The notes below the pieces were generated by a model. It was not told where the DNA came from. It did not search any database and saw nothing but the letters and a program-made list of their open reading frames with translations. 64,000 nt of DNA, from positions 19,096,001 to 19,160,000 of the forward strand of contig JBHGNT010000016.1 in the NCBI GenBank assembly GCA_043228905.1. Reading direction: 5' to 3'. The DNA comes from Azolla caroliniana (lineage: Eukaryota > Plantae > Polypodiophyta). The position numbers were made by a program, and so were the translations under genes. This document shows, in pieces, positions 62,801-64,000 of the stretch (position 1 is the first letter of the stretch; every line of letters begins with the position of its first letter).

Positions 62801-64000
62801 TCAGTCCTTCTAGGACTTGTATAAAAGTGTTCATTGAACACACATATGTATAGAGTGTGGTGAATAGAGATCGAGTATTTTTTTGAATATACTTATTGTG
62901 TTTTCCTCTCTCACTCTCTCTGTCTCTCCCGCGTATACTGCATGAGCTCAAGCTCTCCATTAAACCTGAGTTTTCTTCCTTCTGTTCGGTCTTCATACTT
63001 GCTTCCGCACGTTACTTTTTACAGCTTTGTAACAGTTTACGGAGCCGTCGGCATTATACTTCACCTTGTAGATCCATCTGCAACCAATTGCCTTCTTGTG
63101 CGGTGAGTGGGGAACGAGATCCCATGTCTCGTTCTTGCGTAATGCACGCATCTCCTTGTTCATTGCTTCGATCCATCGTGGGTCCTTCGCAGCTTCGAAA
63201 AAGGTTTTCGGCTCCTATATTGCCGCTACCTTCATCATGAAAGCGTAATGGTATGCCATATAATCGTTGTAGCCGAATCGGCTTACGAGGTTGTTTTCAC
63301 GGGTGGATTGGCGGAGTTTTCGTTTGCGGATACTACGACATTCTTTGCTCCATTTGTCCGGATCTCAAGGCCTTTGAAATCACTATCAAGGGAGTGAGTC
63401 AATTCGTTGCCGTCAAAGTGATCGTCTTCATACTCCGGCATTTTCGCCTTCGCTTTGTCCATCTTCGGACTCGGCCGAGATGTGTTTTGATCGCTCGGGG
63501 CTCTTGTGGTTCGCTCAGTCGGGTCGTGATCGGAATTTCTTCGAACATGCGGGTAAGTCGATCTTCGGCTTCTATCTCTATTTCGGCGGAATCCGGGTCG
63601 AGCGGAATCGAAGTCGAAGTTGTCTCTAGTGCATACTAGGATGGGGACTCGTCGAAAAAGGTGTCTCGACTGACTCGAGATTTTTGAGTTGAGGGGTTGT
63701 AGCATTTGTACCCCTTTTGATCCAGTGAGTATCCTACAAGGATACATTTCTCCGACTTCGGGTCGAGCTTTTGACGCTTCGCATTGGGGATGTGCACGTA
63801 CGCAATGGAGCCGAATATCCGAACATGCGATAGGTCCGGCTTCTTTCCGAAGAACTTCTCGTGCGGAGTAAGTTCGTGCACACCCGATATCGTGCACACC
63901 CGATAGACAACCGTGTTAGCTGCTTCCGCCCAATATGATTTCGGCATGTGCTTTTCGTTAAGCATAGCCCGTGCCACTTTGAGGATTTTCCGATTCTTGT
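56803..64000 (-). mobile_element. Copia host element (integrase to RT), split inside YKARLVA by the 57346-63023 insertion; continues past the window end
   Basis: 63024-64000 encodes the integrase C-terminus and RT start. 56803-57345 encodes RT (HQMD, LYGLKQAPRAW, LYVDD). Confidence 0.85.
57346..63023 (+). mobile_element. Full-length Ty1/copia LTR retrotransposon, gag-pol with premature stops
   Basis: 455-bp LTRs at 57346-57800 and 62569-63023 with ~23 differences. PBS TGGTATCAGAGC at 57801 and PPT gagggggag at ~62560. TSD acttt/gcttt (1 mismatch). All pol domains are present. Confidence 0.95.

Overview
Eukaryotic land-plant DNA. A fern or other seed-free plant is plausible from the TE families, but that is inference only. 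The first ~22 kb hold two convergent spliced genes. One is a 15-exon TMCO4/DUF726-type alpha/beta-hydrolase-like gene (+, 1125-6808). The other is a minus-strand gene with a variant zf-4CXXC_R1 (CDCA7-like) zinc finger, apparently joined across a ~9 kb TE-filled intron to a plant-specific C-terminal domain. That intron holds two RTEX-like LINE fragments, one of them split by a full-length Ty1/copia with TG...TA LTRs. The remaining ~42 kb is a nest of LTR retrotransposons. The main finding is a young, full-length non-chromoviral Ty3/gypsy element (28878-39039) with no polypurine tract. A tRNA-Arg-like 3' half ending in CCA sits at the PPT position, so two tRNA-Arg primer-binding sites face each other on opposite strands. 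The element also carries a ~1030-codon extra ORF after pol. A second, unrelated LTR insertion (39605-40619) ends in a perfect TGGCACGTGT-G-ACACGTGCCA palindrome that may be a collapsed relic of the same architecture. All coordinates, splice models and mismatch counts were read by eye. No database searches were run.
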